DNA of 8,759 nucleotides from Nanopusillaceae archaeon (GTDB lineage: Archaea; Nanobdellota; Nanobdellia; Nanobdellales; Nanobdellaceae). The DNA lies in contig JBMFJL010000022.1 in NCBI GenBank assembly GCA_049973735.1, positions 1 through 8,759 on the forward strand, in the 5' to 3' direction. This document shows, in pieces, positions 6,460-8,759 of this stretch. The translations under genes were made by a program, and so were the position numbers. Numbering within the stretch: position 1 is the stretch's first letter; each line of letters begins with the position of its first letter. The notes below the pieces were generated by a model, which searched no databases, was not told the origin of the DNA, and was given only the letters and a program-made list of their open reading frames with translations.

Positions 6460-6719
6460 TAAATTTCAATTCCCAATTTCTTCAATATATCAACTTCTCT
6501 ATTCTTATTTTTTATATCTTTCTTTGATATACCCCTATATCTAGCACAAGCTGGGCAAATATATATTTTTGTCGGACTAGAAATAACAAGTTGTGGACTT
6601 TGTTCCTGCGGTACATCTAATTTTAGCCTTGGAGAAATAACAAGCTTTATCGCCTTATCCATTCTTACCATTCTTCCGCAATAATAACATGATACATATT
6701 GGTATCTCTTGTTTCTCAT
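6459..6719 (-). CDS. rps26e: Ribosomal protein eS26 (S26e)
   Basis: CYYCGRMVRMDKAIK ... YICPACARYRG reproduces the eS26 pattern C-x2-C-x3-V-x2-DKAI ... C-x2-CA. At 86 aa with a basic C-terminal region. Its stop shares one nt with the pheT ATG (TAATG). Confidence 0.7.
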   Translation of the reverse strand: MRNKRYQYVSCYYCGRMVRMDKAIKLVISPRLKLDVPQEQSPQLVISSPTKIYICPACARYRGISKKDIKNKNREVDILKKLGIEI

Positions 6720-6818
6720 TTTCTAAATGTTTAATTCTAAGTTTATCTTTGCATTAGCCATAAGTATAAATATTATAGGATAAAATCTTTTAAATTTGAT
6801 AGTTTTTAAAAAATAAGG

Positions 6819-6828
6819 TTTATTAAAA
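6819..6828 (+). promoter_or_regulatory. Candidate TATA box (TTTATTAAAA) with purine-rich BRE-like AAATAAGG upstream, for serS
   Basis: It spans -31 to -22 relative to the serS ATG at 6850, consistent with a leaderless or very short-leader transcript. No Shine-Dalgarno-like sequence precedes the ATG. Confidence 0.4.
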
Positions 6829-6849
6829 TATTTATGGCATATCGGTCAA

Positions 6850-8430
6850 ATGGGACTACCTATTGATATAGAATTTTTTAGAAAGAATGTAGAACTATAC
6901 AAGGATACATTTAGAAAAAGAGGATTGGATGAAAAACTAGTAGATAAAGCTATAGAGCTAGATGATAAGAGGAGAGAATTGCAGAGAGAACTAGATAAGC
7001 TAAGACATAAGAAAAACTTGTTATCAAAACTATATGGTTCAGCATTAAGATATTTGGATGGAAAAATTAGCAGACAAGATTTTATAAAACAGGCTATTGA
7101 AGTTGGATATGATATTCATGAAGGAGATATAAAAGAAGAATTTTTGAATAAATTGCAGGAAGATATAAAAATAATTGATGAAGAAATAGATAAATTGGAG
7201 GAAATGTACAAAAATGTTGAAAATAATTTAATAGACCTTTTATGGAACTTTCCAAACTTGATATCTCCAGAAGTTCCTGTAGGGGACGAATCTATGAATA
7301 CACCAATAAGATTTTGGGGTATACCTAGGGTATATGATATAAATTCATTTAAAGAACAAACAGAGAAATACGGTTGGAAAATAATAGAGGTTGAAGAATT
7401 ATTGGAAAAAAATTATGAAAAATATGTAAAGAATAAAGAATTGTTAAAAAAGTTAATAAATATTTTAAAGGATAAAGAAGATTTTGTTGAAATAAACTTT
7501 AATGATGCTTTAGATTTTGAAAAATTAAATCAAGATAGATTAGTAGTATATGCAAAGATAAATCATGAGTTAAAGCATCAATATGATATATTAAAAGATT
7601 TTCAATTGGCAGATACTGACATAGCCGGAGAAGTTGCTGGATCAAGATTTTACTTTGAATTTAATAATTTAGTCCTACTAGATTTAGCATTGAGTATAGA
7701 GGGCGTAAAATTCTTAATAAATAAAGGTTATAAGCCTACAATACCACCTTATATGTTAAAAAAAGAGGTTCTAGATGGAGTAATAACATTAGATGACTAT
7801 GCAGATATGATGTATAAGATCGATGGAGAAGATTTATATTTGATTGGAACTGCAGAACATCCAATTACTGCATTATATTACAATTCTATTATCGAAGAAA
7901 ATAATTTACCTCTGAAATATGTTGGATGGAGTCCATGTTTTAGAAAAGAGGCAGGAGCACATGGAAAAGATACAAAAGGACTGTTTAGATTACATCAATT
8001 CCACAAAGTAGAACAATATATATTTTGTAAACCCGAAGATTCCGAAAAGTATCATCAAGAAATAATAAAGAATGCTGAAGAATTTTTACAGAAGTTAAAT
8101 ATACCATATAGAGTTGTTTTAATTGCATCTAAAGATATGGGTAAGAGAAACTATAAACAATATGATATAGAAGGATGGTTCCCGGGACAACAAAAATACA
8201 GGGAATTGATATCTGGATCAAATGTAACAGACTGGCAATCGCGAAGATCTAATATTAGGTATAGAACTAAAAATAATGAATTAAAGTATGTACATACATT
8301 GAATTGTACATTAGTAGCAGTACAAAGAACAATTACATGTATACTAGAAAATAATTTTGATTATAAGAATAATAGAATATATATTCCAAAGATATTACAA
8401 AAATACGTAGAAAAAGAGTTTATATCATAA
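6850..8430 (+). CDS. serS: Seryl-tRNA synthetase (bacterial-like/common type), unusually long at 526 aa
   Basis: N-terminal arm (FRKRGLD...LRHKKN), PNLISPEVPVGDES..PIRFWG, GTAEHPI, motif 2 SPCFRKEAGAHGKDTKGLFRLHQFHKVEQ, YDIEGWFPGQQKYRELISGSNVTDWQSRR and motif 3 HTLNCTLVAVQRTITCILENN. Confidence 0.95.
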   Translation: MGLPIDIEFFRKNVELYKDTFRKRGLDEKLVDKAIELDDKRRELQRELDKLRHKKNLLSKLYGSALRYLDGKISRQDFIKQAIEVGYDIHEGDIKEEFLNKLQEDIKIIDEEIDKLEEMYKNVENNLIDLLWNFPNLISPEVPVGDESMNTPIRFWGIPRVYDINSFKEQTEKYGWKIIEVEELLEKNYEKYVKNKELLKKLINILKDKEDFVEINFNDALDFEKLNQDRLVVYAKINHELKHQYDILKDFQLADTDIAGEVAGSRFYFEFNNLVLLDLALSIEGVKFLINKGYKPTIPPYMLKKEVLDGVITLDDYADMMYKIDGEDLYLIGTAEHPITALYYNSIIEENNLPLKYVGWSPCFRKEAGAHGKDTKGLFRLHQFHKVEQYIFCKPEDSEKYHQEIIKNAEEFLQKLNIPYRVVLIASKDMGKRNYKQYDIEGWFPGQQKYRELISGSNVTDWQSRRSNIRYRTKNNELKYVHTLNCTLVAVQRTITCILENNFDYKNNRIYIPKILQKYVEKEFIS

Positions 8431-8432
8431 TA

Positions 8433-8439
8433 TTTTTTT
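8433..8439 (+). terminator. Oligo-T (T7) archaeal termination signal 3 nt after the serS stop; a second T5 run lies at 8449-8453
   Basis: TAATATTTTTTTAATTTGTAGTTTTTAAT immediately follows the stop codon at 8428-8430. Oligo-dT tracts are the known intrinsic archaeal terminators. Confidence 0.45.
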
Positions 8440-8594
8440 AATTTGTAGTTTTTAATACAATATAATTAACGCAAAGGTATATATTTATAATGGATAGTGT
8501 TATTTCTGGTTTAGGAAAAGAAATACAGAATTCGATTTGGAGATATTTATTCTCTCTCTAATGTTCGTAGAATAGTTAAAATAATGACGGATTC

Positions 8595-8641
8595 GAGAAC
8601 CATATTTATAAATTATTTATAAATTTGGTTCTCTAGAGAAC
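8595..8641. repeat. Compound palindrome: a 19-nt inverted repeat (1 mismatch, 1-nt spacer) enclosing two tandem ATTTATAAAT cores, overlapping a perfect 14-nt palindrome GTTCTCTAGAGAAC
   Basis: The left arm at 8595-8613, GAGAACCATATTTATAAAT, pairs with 8615-8633, ATTTATAAATTTGGTTCTC (reverse complement GAGAACCAAATTTATAAAT). The stretch 8628-8641, GTTCTCTAGAGAAC, is self-complementary. The hexamer GAGAAC/GTTCTC occurs three times in 47 nt. Confidence 0.8.
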
Positions 8642-8651
8642 ATTTATTATA

Positions 8652-8726
8652 AGCCGCGGAGGGGATTCGAACCCCTGATGAAGAGGGTCTGCAGCCCTCC
8701 CCCTTAGGCCACTCGGGCACCGCGGC
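8652..8726 (-). tRNA. tRNA-Cys (anticodon GCA), 75 nt, no intron, CCA not encoded
   Basis: The reverse complement is GCCGCGG-TG-CCCG-AGTGGCCTA-AGGG-G-GAGGG-CTGCAGA-CCCTC-TTCATC-AGGGG-TTCGAAT-CCCCT-CCGCGGC-T. It folds into a perfect 7-bp acceptor stem, a 5-bp anticodon stem and a 5-bp T stem with a TTCGAAT loop. Anticodon GCA at positions 34-36. Discriminator U73 and a 13:22 mismatch are both tRNA-Cys traits. Confidence 0.9.
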
Positions 8727-8751
8727 ATATATATTTTCTTTTTTTAAGAAA

Positions 8752-8759
8752 ATTTATAT
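8752..8759 (-). promoter_or_regulatory. Possible TATA box (ATATAAAT on the minus strand) for tRNA-Cys, at the window edge
   Basis: It lies at -33 to -26 relative to tRNA position +1, implying a transcript with no leader or only a few nt. Truncated by the window end and in an AT-rich background. Confidence 0.25.

Noticed and set aside
6203-6544. 113-aa plus-strand ORF antisense to the pheT 5' end and the eS26 3' end
   Set aside because: It spans two well-supported minus-strand genes, and its translation is F/S/I/L-rich low complexity. I treat it as an AT-rich artefact.
8490-8561. 23-codon ORF (MDSVISGLGKEIQNSIWRYLFSL) in the serS/tRNA spacer, with TATA-like sequence directly upstream
   Set aside because: It is too short to support from sequence alone. 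The TATA-like run abuts the ATG instead of lying about 25 nt upstream. An 18-codon minus-strand ORF (ATG at 8602-8604, MVLESVIILTILRTLERE) has the same problem.
8589-8601. GGATTCGAGAACC resembles the tRNA T-arm segment GGATTCGAACCCC (8663-8675), suggesting a duplicated tRNA 3' fragment or att-site scar
   Set aside because: Only an 8-nt exact core (GGATTCGA) is shared. A match that short is expected by chance at roughly even odds over this search space, and no integrase or other mobile-element gene is in view.
8677-8682. TGATGA (C-box-like) on the plus strand, hinting at a C/D box sRNA
   Set aside because: It lies inside the tRNA-Cys gene on the opposite strand (variable region and T-stem junction). 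I found no matching D box (CUGA) or C'/D' arrangement nearby.
1-8759. CRISPR arrays, transposase or integrase genes, rRNA genes
   Set aside because: I saw no regularly spaced direct repeats. No ORF has DDE, tyrosine-recombinase or serine-recombinase motifs. No G+C-rich structured-RNA island exists other than the tRNA. The window is a core housekeeping region.

Overview
Very AT-rich (about a quarter G+C by eye) and extremely compact archaeal housekeeping locus. By my arithmetic only about 520 of 8759 nt lie outside ORFs or the tRNA. The one tRNA gene is about 69% G+C. That contrast, the TATA-like boxes about 25-30 nt upstream of start codons (leaderless-style), and an eS26 ribosomal protein point to a thermophilic archaeon with a reduced genome; a nanoarchaeotal or TACK-like affiliation is inference only. 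Confident genes are archaeal-type PheRS beta and alpha, transcribed as a tightly overlapping eS26-pheT-pheS unit on the minus strand, an unusually long seryl-tRNA synthetase, a stand-alone Bud32/KEOPS kinase, and tRNA-Cys(GCA). Less certain are a diverged RNase P Rpp30-like protein, a 61-aa zinc-ribbon protein and the 3' end of an Asn/Pro/Tyr-rich probable surface protein. I found no CRISPR array, transposase or integrase. The most unusual part is 2105-3383. A 172-aa orphan ORF there has a C-terminus carrying a RelE/ParE-like signature, a long N-terminal extension and no partner antitoxin gene. It converges, 4 bp apart, on a fused minimal nucleotidyltransferase plus HEPN-like protein that sits at the tail of the eS26-pheT-pheS unit. 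Other items worth a second look are two insertions in SerRS, an N-lobe insertion in Bud32, interleaved divergent promoters in a 29-bp spacer, and a compound palindrome with tandem TATA-like cores in the only long spacer (8431-8651).
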